This document shows, in pieces, positions 54,811 through 64,000 of a stretch of DNA of 64,000 bases. The notes below the pieces were generated by a model. That model ran no database searches. It was not told the DNA's origin and saw nothing but the letters and a program-made list of their open reading frames with translations. Both the position numbers and the translations under genes were made by a program. Location of the stretch: the NCBI GenBank assembly GCA_963755425.1, contig CAVWJI010000002.1:254299-318298 (forward strand), given 5' to 3'. Numbering within the stretch: position 1 is the first letter of the stretch; each line of letters opens with the position of its first letter. This DNA comes from an uncultured Gemmatimonadales bacterium. Its GTDB lineage: Bacteria > Gemmatimonadota > Gemmatimonadetes > Gemmatimonadales > GWC2-71-9.

Positions 54811-55629
54811 CTATTGCGGCGAGGCAAACCCGGTAAAGGTGAACTTGTATGCCTTTCCGGTGCTGTCGTAGGTCGCCGCGAAGTGCGTTGGATAGCGCAC
54901 GCCGGCGGCGCCGGTGGGGATCGCCGGGACGTCGATCGCGAAGGTCTGCTGGGCGGCCAGCGTCGCACGACTGATCATCGGCTCGACGAAGATCGGTTGC
55001 TGATGATCATAACCGACAAGGATATCCTTCTGGAACACTGTCGACCCGTGCAGCTCGGCCGACGGCAGCGCGTGCATGCCCATCCCGGGCACGCAGAGTC
55101 CCACCAGCGTGCCCATACGGGGAATGGTGACGTCCGGAAGCTCGTATCCCGAAGGAAGCGCCGCCGGCTTGGTGGTGTCGGCGCAATTGATGGCTTTGAC
55201 CTGCGCCATCGGAATGGTATTGAAATGGAAGTCGAAGTGCGGCGTCATGTAGGGCGCCGGGGGATGGCCCCCGGCTTCCCAATAGAAGGTGGCGTTCTGG
55301 AACCCGGTGACCGATGCAACCTCGGCCGGCATCGACAAGGCCACTGCGGCCACGGGCGGCCAGACCATCGGCTCACTGTCGGGAGCATTGGTGATCGCCG
55401 CCAGCGGGACCGTGGCTCCGAAGCTGGTCAGAGTGTTGCCGGTCATTTCACCCCACACGCAGACCTGGGCGCCATTCATGTCGTGGCAATCACCCTGCAC
55501 GATCCGGGTCTTGGTGCCGCTGCACCCGACGATGGCGAGGCCCACGAACAGGCTCGTGAGCCCGAAAGCTGCGGTCGTGCCGTTGACTGTCTTCCCGATC
55601 ACGGAATACCTCCGCCGGCGGCGGTTCAT
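54811..55629 (-). CDS. Lipoprotein, DUF5602/TTHB210-like His-motif protein
   Basis: Lipobox IVGC; GHPP, PHFDFHF, VPGMGMH, IFVEPMI, YPT. Confidence 0.65.
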   Translation of the reverse strand: MNRRRRRYSVIGKTVNGTTAAFGLTSLFVGLAIVGCSGTKTRIVQGDCHDMNGAQVCVWGEMTGNTLTSFGATVPLAAITNAPDSEPMVWPPVAAVALSMPAEVASVTGFQNATFYWEAGGHPPAPYMTPHFDFHFNTIPMAQVKAINCADTTKPAALPSGYELPDVTIPRMGTLVGLCVPGMGMHALPSAELHGSTVFQKDILVGYDHQQPIFVEPMISRATLAAQQTFAIDVPAIPTGAAGVRYPTHFAATYDSTGKAYKFTFTGFASPQ

Positions 55630-55766
55630 GGTTCACGATTGTTCCAGGGGAGGCCCGAGTATACCGCGCCGCCAGCCGCTCGCAAGCGCCCCCCTCTCAT
55701 CCCGGTGCTGACGGCGGTCGGGCGGTGAATTGACGGCGCCCGACCCGGCGCTGTACCGTCCCCGCC

Positions 55767-56222
55767 ATGACCGTTGACGGCGTCGACCCACCGCGACGAA
55801 CAGCGCGCGGTACGGAGCCTGCTGGCGAGCCGACCCTGCGGGCCCTGCCGCGCGTCCTCGTCATCATGCGGGATCGCGGGCCGCGGGCCCTGCTGCGCGC
55901 CGCGCTGGACGACGCGGGGTACGACGCCATCGGTGCCCGCACCGTGGGTGAGGCGCTGACATCCCCCGTTGCCGAACCGGATCGCGGGCCGGTCCGCCTC
56001 GTCATCGTCGACCAGAATACTGCCATCGACGGCAACGGCCTGCTCGCCGAACTGCTCGAGCGCCACCGGCAACCGGTGGCGCTCCTCATTGCGTCGTCAG
56101 TCGAATCCGTTCCACCCGGGCCGTGGCGCCAGGTCCTGCGCCGCCCGGTTCGCATCGGCGAGATCGTCGACGCGGCCCGGGCGCTGGTGGCTCCCGACGC
56201 GGCAGCGGCGCACGGTCGATAG
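55767..56222 (+). CDS. Atypical stand-alone receiver-like protein
   Basis: RVLVI..LLRAALDDAGYD..LVIVD..VLRRP gives REC-like topology; acidic pocket and Lys are degenerate. Confidence 0.55.
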   Translation: MTVDGVDPPRRTARGTEPAGEPTLRALPRVLVIMRDRGPRALLRAALDDAGYDAIGARTVGEALTSPVAEPDRGPVRLVIVDQNTAIDGNGLLAELLERHRQPVALLIASSVESVPPGPWRQVLRRPVRIGEIVDAARALVAPDAAAAHGR

Positions 56223-56248
56223 TCGGCATCATCGTCGGGGACGGGCCA

Positions 56249-56752
56249 CTAGCGCCCGGCGCTGGCGCGGAGCCGCCGATAGTCCAGCCATGTCAGTACG
56301 ATCACCCCGATGTCGAGTCCGGACAATACCAGCAGTGGCACCGAGCCGTTCAGGGAGTAGCGGTAGGCCTGATAGGCGAGGAACACCGCGAAGATGCCGA
56401 TCGCCGCGAGGTGGACCCAGCGCTTCCCCGCCAACAGCCCCGCCACCAGCGCCAGCTTGATCACCCCGTGCGAAACGAGGTAGATGGCACCGAACACATG
56501 GGTATGGGCGGACAGATGGCGGGAGAACCGCATCGCCGCATTCGCGACGATATCGCCGGGGTCTTCGCCCAGTTCATGCTGGGTGAGGGTGCGCACCACG
56601 GCGTGGAGCCGCTCCGGCGTCACCACGGCGAACAGGACGCCGCCGGCAAGTTCCAGCACCCCGTCAATGCCCTTGAAGGCCACGCCGATCAGGAAGAATC
56701 GGTGCAGCCACGACCCGCGATCATCAGGGCGCGTCGCCAGGCTCGAAATCAA
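56249..56752 (-). CDS. DUF2127 family membrane protein
   Basis: KGIDGVLELAGG, ELGEDPGD, YLVSHGVIKL, YQAYRY. Confidence 0.8.
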   Translation of the reverse strand: MISSLATRPDDRGSWLHRFFLIGVAFKGIDGVLELAGGVLFAVVTPERLHAVVRTLTQHELGEDPGDIVANAAMRFSRHLSAHTHVFGAIYLVSHGVIKLALVAGLLAGKRWVHLAAIGIFAVFLAYQAYRYSLNGSVPLLVLSGLDIGVIVLTWLDYRRLRASAGR

Positions 56753-57122
56753 GGCGGTAGCGGTGCGTGCCGTTCGCGATGATGATGGCCATGCGGCCCG
56801 ACAATCCGGTCAGCTCGTCCGTGCCAGAATCCGGAACGACGGTGAGGATCAACTCGCCGGCGTCGCGAGTCAGCACGCCGTAGTGCTGCAACGTGAACGC
56901 CCCGCTCCGCCCCGCAAGCGTCCCCGTCACCCGCTCCATGGCGACATACCCCGCCGATCCTTCGATCGCGGTGCGGTACGCCAGCATCTGGCCCGTGCTG
57001 GTGGCCTCGAGCGGGCCATGGTATCGCTTGTCGAGCAGCATGCGGGCGATACCCGCCGCCTCATGACCCGGGTCCGGCACTTGCGGCGCCATGACAACGT
57101 CGAATGGGCCTTCCACCTGCAT
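56724..57122 (-). CDS. DUF3224 family protein
   Basis: GSAGYVAMERVTGTLAGRSGAFTLQH, VVPDSGTDELTGLSG. Confidence 0.88.
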   Translation of the reverse strand: MQVEGPFDVVMAPQVPDPGHEAAGIARMLLDKRYHGPLEATSTGQMLAYRTAIEGSAGYVAMERVTGTLAGRSGAFTLQHYGVLTRDAGELILTVVPDSGTDELTGLSGRMAIIIANGTHRYRLDFEPGDAP

Positions 57123-57192
57123 CGGAGCGACTCCTTTCGGGTCTCCGGCGCCGCCACGACGAACGCGCGTTCGCCAGGTTATCCGGCGCCGC

Positions 57193-57759
57193 TCACGGCG
57201 TCGAATGGTCGAGATGCGCTTCGACGAACCAGAGCCACTTGTCGACGCCGCGCGAGATCTCGGTGAGGATGTCCGCGCCGTCGGCGTCATTCAGGTCGTT
57301 CAACTCGTCGATCCCCATTCGCACCGACCGGCCGAACTCCGACAGTGCGTCCGACAGCGCCGCGACGTGCTCCGTGCCGCTCGCCAGTGTCAACGGGTAA
57401 TCGATCAGCACGGTGCGGCTCGCCACCACCCCGATGGTCCCTTCCGCGATGCCACCGAGCTGCACCACCCGTTCGGCGATCAGGTCGACGTAGTCCTCGA
57501 CCTCTTCGTTGACGTCGTCAAAGAGCTTGTGCAGCGCGATGAACGTCGGACCCTTGACGTTCCAGTGGGCCTGCTTGCATTGCGTCTGCAGGTCGATGGC
57601 GCTGGCGAGGCGCTGATTGAGCAACCGGGCGACCTCGATGCGAACCTGTTCGGGGAGATCGTTCTTGGTCGGCCGCAGAATCGGCTTGGCGAATCGCGTT
57701 TCTGAAACGCTCCGCGAAATCGACGCCGTCTTCTTCGCGGTCGAGCGTTGACGTGCCAT
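57193..57759 (-). CDS. dps: Dps DNA protection during starvation protein with basic N-terminal tail
   Basis: KQAHWNVKGPTFIALHKLFD, DLIAER, DKWLWFVEAH. Confidence 0.93.
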   Translation of the reverse strand: MARQRSTAKKTASISRSVSETRFAKPILRPTKNDLPEQVRIEVARLLNQRLASAIDLQTQCKQAHWNVKGPTFIALHKLFDDVNEEVEDYVDLIAERVVQLGGIAEGTIGVVASRTVLIDYPLTLASGTEHVAALSDALSEFGRSVRMGIDELNDLNDADGADILTEISRGVDKWLWFVEAHLDHSTP

Positions 57760-57908
57760 GTTGCCCCTCGCTTCATTCCAGGGTGAATCGGCCTCGTGGC
57801 CGGCGTCGCGGCGGCCAGCGCCGCGATCCGTCCACAAACATGTGCCATCGGCGCCGATTCCGCATCACCCGGCGCGCGTTGACCTCTCCCGGAGATCCGG
57901 GCTGGCGA

Positions 57909-58544
57909 CTACGTCGCGCTGCGGCGGTCGGGGCGCGCCCCGACCGGATGAAGCTTCTCGCCCCGCGCCAGCATCGCCACGAACTTCGCGATACTGCTGG
58001 CGCGGGTGGCGGGCGAAGCGGTCTGAATCCGGTAGAGCACCGCATAGCGATTGAGCCGGTCGAGGCCGGCGAAGAACGCCGCGGCCGCGCGGTTGCGCTT
58101 GAACGCCGCCACGAGGTCCGGCGGCGGCTCGGCGGTGCGGTACGAATCGTAGGCCCGTTCCCAACGGCCGTCGACTCTGGCACGCTCGATCGCGGCATGT
58201 CCGTGCGGTCTCATGCGGCCCGTCTCGATCAATGCCTCGGCCTTGTTGCGGTTGATCTTCGACCATGCGCTCTTCGGGCCGCGGGGGGTGAAGCGCTGGA
58301 TCCACGACTGATCGTCGTGCGGCTTGCGTTGCCCGTCGATCCAGCCGTGGCAGAGCGCCACCTCCACTGCTTCGTCATACGTCACGGACTGGAGCGCTGC
58401 CGCCTTTCGCGCCAGGCGCAACCACAGGCCGGGCGACACGTGTCCGTTCCGGGTCAGCCACGTGTCCCACGCCTTGGCGCTCTTGAAATGGCGGATCGGC
58501 AACTCGGGCACCGGCCGGGCGGCCCGTCGCGCCCCGGCAGTCAC
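57909..58544 (-). CDS. YdeI/OmpD-associated family protein
   Basis: ALCHGWIDG, FTPR, SAWSKIN, NRYAVLYRI. Confidence 0.88.
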   Translation of the reverse strand: MTAGARRAARPVPELPIRHFKSAKAWDTWLTRNGHVSPGLWLRLARKAAALQSVTYDEAVEVALCHGWIDGQRKPHDDQSWIQRFTPRGPKSAWSKINRNKAEALIETGRMRPHGHAAIERARVDGRWERAYDSYRTAEPPPDLVAAFKRNRAAAAFFAGLDRLNRYAVLYRIQTASPATRASSIAKFVAMLARGEKLHPVGARPDRRSAT

Positions 58545-59170
58545 CGAGCCGACCCCGGCAGCCCGTCGAAGAACTCCACCGTCCCCGATTCCAGCGAGTA
58601 TTCCGCACCCACCACCATCAATCCATCGTCGCGAATCAGCTGTTCCAGCAGTCGCGAGCCGTGCCGCAGGTGATCAGCGGAGGCACGGATGTTGGCCCGC
58701 ACCGCCGCATGCACCAGCGCGTCGTGATCCGTTGCCGGGCCGGCGTCCAGCAACGACGCGACTGACGGGCGCACCCGGTCGACGATGGCCTGCAGGTTGG
58801 GCGATTGGGGCGCAGACGGCTGCTCGAGCGCCTCCAGCGTGGCGAGAATGGCGCCGCAGCTGGTGTGACCGAGCACGACCACCAGGCGGGTGCCGAAGCG
58901 CCCGGCCGCGAATTCCACGCTTCCCACCAGCGACGGTGCGACGACGTTGCCGGCGACCCGGATCACGAAGAGATCGCCGAGTCCCTGATCGAACACGATT
59001 TCGGCGGGAACCCGGGAATCGGAGCAGCCGAGGATGATGGCGAACGGTTCCTGGGCACCGGGCAGGGCGGTGACGTTGGCGGCCGACGCGCCGCGGCCCG
59101 ACCGGAGCCGGTCGACGAAGCGACCGTTGCCCTGCCGGAGCCGCTCGAGTGCCTGCTGTGCGGGGATCAT
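58541..59170 (-). CDS. Beta-carbonic anhydrase
   Basis: GNGRF, CSDSRVP, GDLFVIRVAGN, GHTSCGA. Confidence 0.93.
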   Translation of the reverse strand: MIPAQQALERLRQGNGRFVDRLRSGRGASAANVTALPGAQEPFAIILGCSDSRVPAEIVFDQGLGDLFVIRVAGNVVAPSLVGSVEFAAGRFGTRLVVVLGHTSCGAILATLEALEQPSAPQSPNLQAIVDRVRPSVASLLDAGPATDHDALVHAAVRANIRASADHLRHGSRLLEQLIRDDGLMVVGAEYSLESGTVEFFDGLPGSAR

Positions 59171-59224
59171 GGGGCCAATCTAACAACCAACATCCGCTCC
59201 GTCGCACCCGCCGAGCGACCGCCG

Positions 59225-59908
59225 GTGATCGCCGTCACCACGCCGCGCCTCGACGTCCTCGGCAACCACGACATGGACAAGTGCGACAAGGCGACGGCCA
59301 TGCAGGCCTTCGGCATGACGCGACGGTACTACGCCACCACTATCGGGGGGTATCGCTTCGTCGTGCTCGACCTCAACAACTTCCGCCGGAACGGCGCCCT
59401 CTATCCGTATGCCAACGGAAACGACTTCACGGACCATGCGGTGTGGAATTGCGCCGACCCCGACCAACTGGGGTGGTTGCGTGAGGAACTCGGCACCGCA
59501 ACCGCTCCGGTGATCCTGATCTCGCATCAACCGCTCGGCTTTGCCGATGCCGGACAGCCGCTGCCGGTGGAACAGGTGGAAGTACTCGACGTCGTCGCCG
59601 GGATGGCGACGAAGAACCCTCGTGGAGCCGTGGCCGCCTGCCTCAGCGGGCACCTCCATGTGGACCGGATGGACCGCGCGGCGGGCGCGCCGTGCGTATT
59701 GCTCAACTCCTCGAGCTATTTCTGGTACAACGGGATGCACCCGTACACCAATCCGCCGTTCGCCTTCATCGAGTGCACCGCGGACGGCGCGTTGCGGATC
59801 GAGGGACGGAGCGGCGCATTCGTCACGCCGCCGCCGGCCGCGTCCGACAGCGTGGCGGGCCGCTCGGCGTCGCTTTCGGATCGGAACCTTGCACTGCGAC
59901 TGGGCTGA
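59225..59908 (+). pseudogene. N-terminally truncated metallophosphoesterase
   Basis: VLGNHD, FVVLD, QLGWLREEL, ISHQP, SGHLH present; DxH and GD motifs and a clear start are missing. Confidence 0.6.
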
Positions 59909-59917
59909 CGGCCTGCC

Positions 59918-60484
59918 TCAGACGCTGCCGCCCACGACCGCCGTGCGCACCCGGTAGCCGGCCACCAGCAGCGCGATACCGCTGATGATCGCGAACCCCG
60001 CGATCAATCCCATGATCGCCGCCAGTGTCGCGGTCAGCGAGAGCCATGCGATGACCCCGGCGGCGACGCTGAGGCCGGCCCAGACGGCGGTCCACACCCA
60101 GTGGAGACCGACCCGCTGCTGCTGCCAGGAGGCGTAGATGCCAAGGACTCCGGTGATCAGCAGCCAGAGGCTCACCCACGTGACCGCGAACAGCAGCGAC
60201 AGCCCCGGATAGTACGAGAGCGCGGCAATGCCGAAGCCGACGCCGACCAGGCCGGACAGCAACAACACCCACCACGAGCGGAAGAGGCGCCGGAGCTCGA
60301 TGGCGTGCACGATCTCGACCATGCCGCCGAACAGCGCCCAGAACGCGATCACCAGCGCGAAGACCGCGACGGAATCGAGCGGCCGGACCAGGATGAAGAT
60401 GCCGAGCGCCAACGCGACGAGACCGCGGATCAGGAGCGCCCACGACGCGTGGCGGTAGCCCGAGAGCAACGAGCCGGATTCCAC
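59918..60484 (-). CDS. HdeD/DUF308 family membrane protein
   Basis: WALLIRGLVALALG and six TM segments; GGAGG RBS. Confidence 0.85.
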   Translation of the reverse strand: MESGSLLSGYRHASWALLIRGLVALALGIFILVRPLDSVAVFALVIAFWALFGGMVEIVHAIELRRLFRSWWVLLLSGLVGVGFGIAALSYYPGLSLLFAVTWVSLWLLITGVLGIYASWQQQRVGLHWVWTAVWAGLSVAAGVIAWLSLTATLAAIMGLIAGFAIISGIALLVAGYRVRTAVVGGSV

Positions 60485-60551
60485 CGTACCCTCCTGGAGT
60501 TGGGGAGGAGCGGCCAGCGTGCACGGCAGCGCGCCGGCATCCGCAGTCAAC

Positions 60552-61052
60552 TTACCTCACGGGACCGAAGATGTATTCCACGACGTCCTTGCCGTCGACG
60601 GCCAACTCACCCGCAAGCTGCCCACCGAGCCGCTCGGCAAGCCGGATCGAGCGGTGGTTGGCCGGCTGGATCACGGCCCGGACCCGGTCGCGCCCCAGAG
60701 TGCCGCGGGCATACTGCAGCGCCGCGGATGCCGCCTCGAAACCGTAGCCACGGCCCCACGCCGCGCGCGCCAGTGCCCAGCCCACCTCGAGTCCGCGGCC
60801 GCCGTCGGGATCGAGCAACCCGGCGTAGCCCACCATCGCACCGCGGCCGGACTCCTCGACGGCCCACATCCCGTATCCCCGCAGCTCCCAGTGGCCGATG
60901 TACCGGGCGAGGCGCCACCAGGACTCTTCTCGCGTCAGCACGCCGTTGCCGATGTAACGCCGTACTTCGACGTCGGCGTTCATCGTCACGAACGGTTCGA
61001 AATGATCGGCGGAAAGGCGCCGCAACCGGAGGCGCTCGGTGGTCAGTTCCAT
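60552..61052 (-). CDS. GNAT acetyltransferase (RimJ/RimL-like)
   Basis: TERLRLR, GHWELRGYG, EVGWAL, WGRGY, NHRSIRLAERLG. Confidence 0.9.
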   Translation of the reverse strand: MELTTERLRLRRLSADHFEPFVTMNADVEVRRYIGNGVLTREESWWRLARYIGHWELRGYGMWAVEESGRGAMVGYAGLLDPDGGRGLEVGWALARAAWGRGYGFEAASAALQYARGTLGRDRVRAVIQPANHRSIRLAERLGGQLAGELAVDGKDVVEYIFGPVR

Positions 61053-61098
61053 GGGACCTCGCCGGAGTACGGTGGTGCGCAGCTGTGGTCGGACCGGA

Positions 61099-62808
61099 TC
61101 AGCCGGCGGTTACCAACCCGCCGGCGCCCGTCCAGTCGAAATGCTCCTCGTGCCCGGCAAGCCGCCAGTCGCGCGGCCACAGCGCACGCTGCCAATCGAG
61201 CGGCTCACCGAGTGGCTGCGGCACGGCAGCGAGCGCCAAGGCGGCGCGAACGTCACGGCGCACCGTGTCGGTCATCGCGTCCGGCGCGAGCGAAACGAAG
61301 AGCATCGTCCCGCTCCGCGCCAGGAGATCGAGCCACTGCCGGTTCTTCTCCCACGGAATGTCCCTGGTCACGCCGACGCAATCGGGATCGGCGACATAGA
61401 ACGCCCCCTGTTGCACGCCCCGGAACGCCAGTGCGTTCACCCCCATCCGCGGCACCCGGATCCAATCCTGGCCGCTGGTGTCGTCGCCGATGCGGCACAT
61501 TTCGAACAGACCGGCCGAGAGATGGCTGACGGTGTTGCAACCGATGACGAGACCATCACCCGCCCCACGGCGAATGGTGCGATAGAGGTCACCGATCACC
61601 TCGGCCGTCGTTCGCACCGGGCCGGGGCCGAACGTCCAGCCGTCACGGGTGATCGCCGCGTCCATCGTGCGTCCCCAGCGGCCGAGAATGTCGAACGTCG
61701 AGTAGTCGTGCTTGATCAGCTCGAACCCCCAGCCGCGGATCCGTGACACGTCGGCGGCGACCTTCTCGAGCGTGGCAGGATGCGTCGGGTCGAGATACGA
61801 CGTGTTGCGCAACAGGCGCCATGCGCCGGGAGCATCCTTCGGCGCCAGCAACGGACGCATCCAGATGCCGGGCCGGGCACCGGCGGCCGTGATGCCGGCG
61901 GCCAGCCCCGGCATGTCGGGAAAGCGCTCGTTGCCGCGATCCCATTCGCCCACGCCGTTCTTCGATGCCCCGCGCTCCGGCTGCCAGCCGTCATCGATGA
62001 CCACGAACGGGCGGTTTGCTCCGCCCGGCGACAGATCCACGACCCGCCCCGCATCGGCCAGCACGCTGGTCGCGCTGTTGTTGCCATACGCGTAGTACCA
62101 GTCGTTGTGACCGTAGACCGGTGCGGCCGGAAGGCGTGGCGCCGGCGAAAGCAGCATGGCAGAAGTCGCGGAGCGCCACGAACGCCCGCTCACCGTCCCC
62201 CTGGCGTGCCGCCACGTCGCACGCCGCCAGCTCGCGCGAGCCGAGCTGCAGCGGCGCGCTGCCGCTGCGGACGTCGACCCAGAGACTGATGCCATCGGGA
62301 TCGACCTGCCAGAAGCACAACGCCGCGGCACCGGTGCGGACCCCGTAGCAATGGGTGTCGTGGCCGTCGAATGTCGCCGCGTACCACGGCATGATCCTGA
62401 TCCGGGCGCCATGCCGCGCCATTCGAGATCGCCATAGGCGCGCTCCCAGGCGTCGCCGAGCAGCAGCGTGACGTCGTGCAGCGCGGCGCGCCAGCGGAAA
62501 TGCAGGCGACTGACGGCATCGGCGGGGGCGCTGAGCGCCACACGCGTCGTGCCGTCGGCCAACGCCGTCGTCACCACGATCCGGCCCGACTCGAATCGAC
62601 GTTCCGCGATCGCTGTCAGGGTTCGATACTCGCTGGACGTTTGGACGGTGACCCCGTCGGGCGGACGGCGCAGGTCGACGAACGTGCTCGCGGCACGGCG
62701 CATTCGGAGGCGCGACAGCCCGCCGAGCACGCGGCCGCCGGGACGCGACAACGCGACACCCAGCAGTGAGGTGGCACTGCCCTGCAGGAAATCGCGGCGG
62801 CTCGTCAC
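61099..62808 (-). CDS. Tat-exported GH27/GH36-like glycoside hydrolase (alpha-galactosidase-like), two compensating frameshifts (~62400 and ~62160)
   Basis: SRRDFL Tat motif; GDAWERAYGDL, NDWYYAYG, IDDGWQ, RPGIW, LIKHDY, RIGDDTSG, DPDCVG. Confidence 0.8.
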   Translation of the reverse strand: MTSRRDFLQGSATSLLGVALSRPGGRVLGGLSRLRMRRAASTFVDLRRPPDGVTVQTSSEYRTLTAIAERRFESGRIVVTTALADGTTRVALSAPADAVSRLHFRWRAALHDVTLLLGDAWERAYGDLEWRGMAPGSGSCRGTRRHSTATTPIATGSAPVPRRCASGRSIPMASVSGSTSAAAARRCSSARASWRRATWRHARGTVSGRSWRSATSAMLLSPAPRLPAAPVYGHNDWYYAYGNNSATSVLADAGRVVDLSPGGANRPFVVIDDGWQPERGASKNGVGEWDRGNERFPDMPGLAAGITAAGARPGIWMRPLLAPKDAPGAWRLLRNTSYLDPTHPATLEKVAADVSRIRGWGFELIKHDYSTFDILGRWGRTMDAAITRDGWTFGPGPVRTTAEVIGDLYRTIRRGAGDGLVIGCNTVSHLSAGLFEMCRIGDDTSGQDWIRVPRMGVNALAFRGVQQGAFYVADPDCVGVTRDIPWEKNRQWLDLLARSGTMLFVSLAPDAMTDTVRRDVRAALALAAVPQPLGEPLDWQRALWPRDWRLAGHEEHFDWTGAGGLVTAG

Positions 62809-63279
62809 GGCGGTGCTACCGCGCCGTGCTGGCATTGTTCGTTGAGTTCATGCCCGTCGTCCCCGGTTGCGCGCCAGCCGAATTCGACGTTCGAGGGTGC
62901 CTGATCGGCGCCCACCCGTCCGGCCTCGATCGACGCCTTGAAGTAGTTCTCCCCGCGAACCGCCCAATCCAGCATGAAATCGTGCCACTGCGGCATCCCA
63001 GTCGCCGGGATTCGAGTTGTGCCAGACATGCTCGCCGTGGGCCAGATGCCACGCCCAGTCGAACAGGTCGTTGATATGTGCCAGGATCGCGACCGGCGTT
63101 CGGGTGTCGTGTCCCGACGTGAGCGTCGCGAAGCTGGCGGGGGCCCCGCGCAGCACCTTGCCGCCGCGATAGGCGACGGTCGCGACCGTGTGGCGAAGCA
63201 GTTCGCGCGAGGCAGCACCCGGCCCGGCGACGTCGTTCTCTGGCCGGGTCACGAGGAGCGAATCCGGTAGCTGATGCAC
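62805..63279 (-). CDS. DinB/YfiT-like protein, appears to have an internal deletion or frameshift near 62970
   Basis: LLRHTVATVAYRG, ILAHINDLFDWA, then RGENYFKASIEAGRVGADQ in another frame. Confidence 0.6.
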
Positions 63280-63444
63280 TCCTCCGCTCCCGGAGCCGCA
63301 GCATGGATGTCACGGCGCAGCTTGGACAGTGCGGCACGCTTGTCGGGAGCGAGGACCGCGAGATATTCATCGATGGTGCGCGGTGTTGCACCTGCGGTGT
63401 TCAGCTACGCCTCCTGGCAGAGGGACGGTGGGGAGTCCCGCGGA

Positions 63445-63849
63445 TCAGGCCGGCTCGAACCGGTAGCACCACGCCTCGCCCTCGAGGACGGTTTCGCCGT
63501 CCTGCCTGGTGACCCGTACCTGGAGCTGGCTGACCGGTTTGGTCGCGTGGACACTCACCACCTTGGCCACTGCGGTGATCGTATCACCGATGTAGACCGG
63601 TGCGGTGAACTTCCAGTCCTGGCTCAGGAAGACCGTTCCCGGACCGGGCATGTCCATCGCGACCAGGGCGTGGAGCAGGCCGGTGGTCAGTCCGCCCTGC
63701 GCCACCAGCCGGCCGAACTTCGTCTGCGCGGCAAACGCCGGATCGAAGTGCAATGGATTGCGGTCACCGGTGATTTCGGCATAAAGCTCGACGTGACGCG
63801 CGGTGATGGTCAACGTGCGAGTCGCCTGCGCCCCGACGGTCAGTGTCAT
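63445..63849 (-). CDS. MaoC family dehydratase
   Basis: GDRNPLHFD, PGPG, FTAPVYIGD. Confidence 0.9.
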   Translation of the reverse strand: MTLTVGAQATRTLTITARHVELYAEITGDRNPLHFDPAFAAQTKFGRLVAQGGLTTGLLHALVAMDMPGPGTVFLSQDWKFTAPVYIGDTITAVAKVVSVHATKPVSQLQVRVTRQDGETVLEGEAWCYRFEPA

Positions 63850-63933
63850 CGTCGCTCCCGTTCCGCCATGAAAGTAGCGCGCCGGTGGTCGCCATCGCCT
63901 TCCCCCATCCGGTTCCGGGTCCGATATTGCAGC

Positions 63934-64000
63934 ATGAGTTCGCGCCCGTCGGCGTTCGTGGTCGGCTCCGGTCCCAATGGTCTTGCCGCGGCGGTCACGC
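63934..64000 (+). CDS. 5' end of an FAD-dependent oxidoreductase (phytoene desaturase-like), runs off the right edge
   Basis: MSSRPSAFVVGSGPNGLAAAVT Rossmann GxGxxG. Confidence 0.75.
   Translation, partial: MSSRPSAFVVGSGPNGLAAAVT

Noticed and set aside
1-64000. Transposases, integrases, prophage genes, tRNA/rRNA, defence systems
   Set aside because: No diagnostic motifs or structures recognised by eye; tRNAscan, Rfam and ISfinder searches would be needed to exclude short elements.

Overview
High-GC (roughly 70%, estimated by eye) bacterial chromosomal segment. The gene set suggests a Gemmatimonadota-like organism (inference). Many single-base indels, densest at about 8-34 kb, look like uncorrected long-read errors. 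Left to right: (1) GspE/PilB ATPase, HemG-type flavodoxin and an ICMT-family protein; (2) a BNR beta-propeller, MoaD/ThiS, YciI(DGPF) and ECF42-type sigma module with a matching promoter, then a broken ECF pair; (3) a co-oriented ~29 kb carbon/energy cluster: gnd, GH144-like glucanase, cyclic beta-1,2-glucan synthase, rpiA, pgm, zwf, HAD, ackA, PRC-barrel, xfp, P3A H+-ATPase with DUF2934-like domains, PPK2, HPF, YihY, tal, pgi; (4) a 37-53 kb accessory region of membrane, secreted and small proteins around an orphan NarL/LuxR regulator; (5) ordinary stress and housekeeping genes (Dps, carbonic anhydrase, GNATs, Tat-exported glycoside hydrolase, MaoC). The main new signal is a 16-bp box (gene-strand consensus about TCAYCC-N4-GAKCGA(T), often paired with a second box 8-9 bp upstream). 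It occurs at ten sites between 25.2 and 52.8 kb, always in the same orientation, 60-175 bp before a gene start. This suggests an undescribed regulon that includes a kinase-like/Omp85 barrel + DUF4956 + phosphoesterase operon and an unrecognised ~90-aa secreted domain present in three copies. No rRNA, tRNA, CRISPR array or transposase was recognised.
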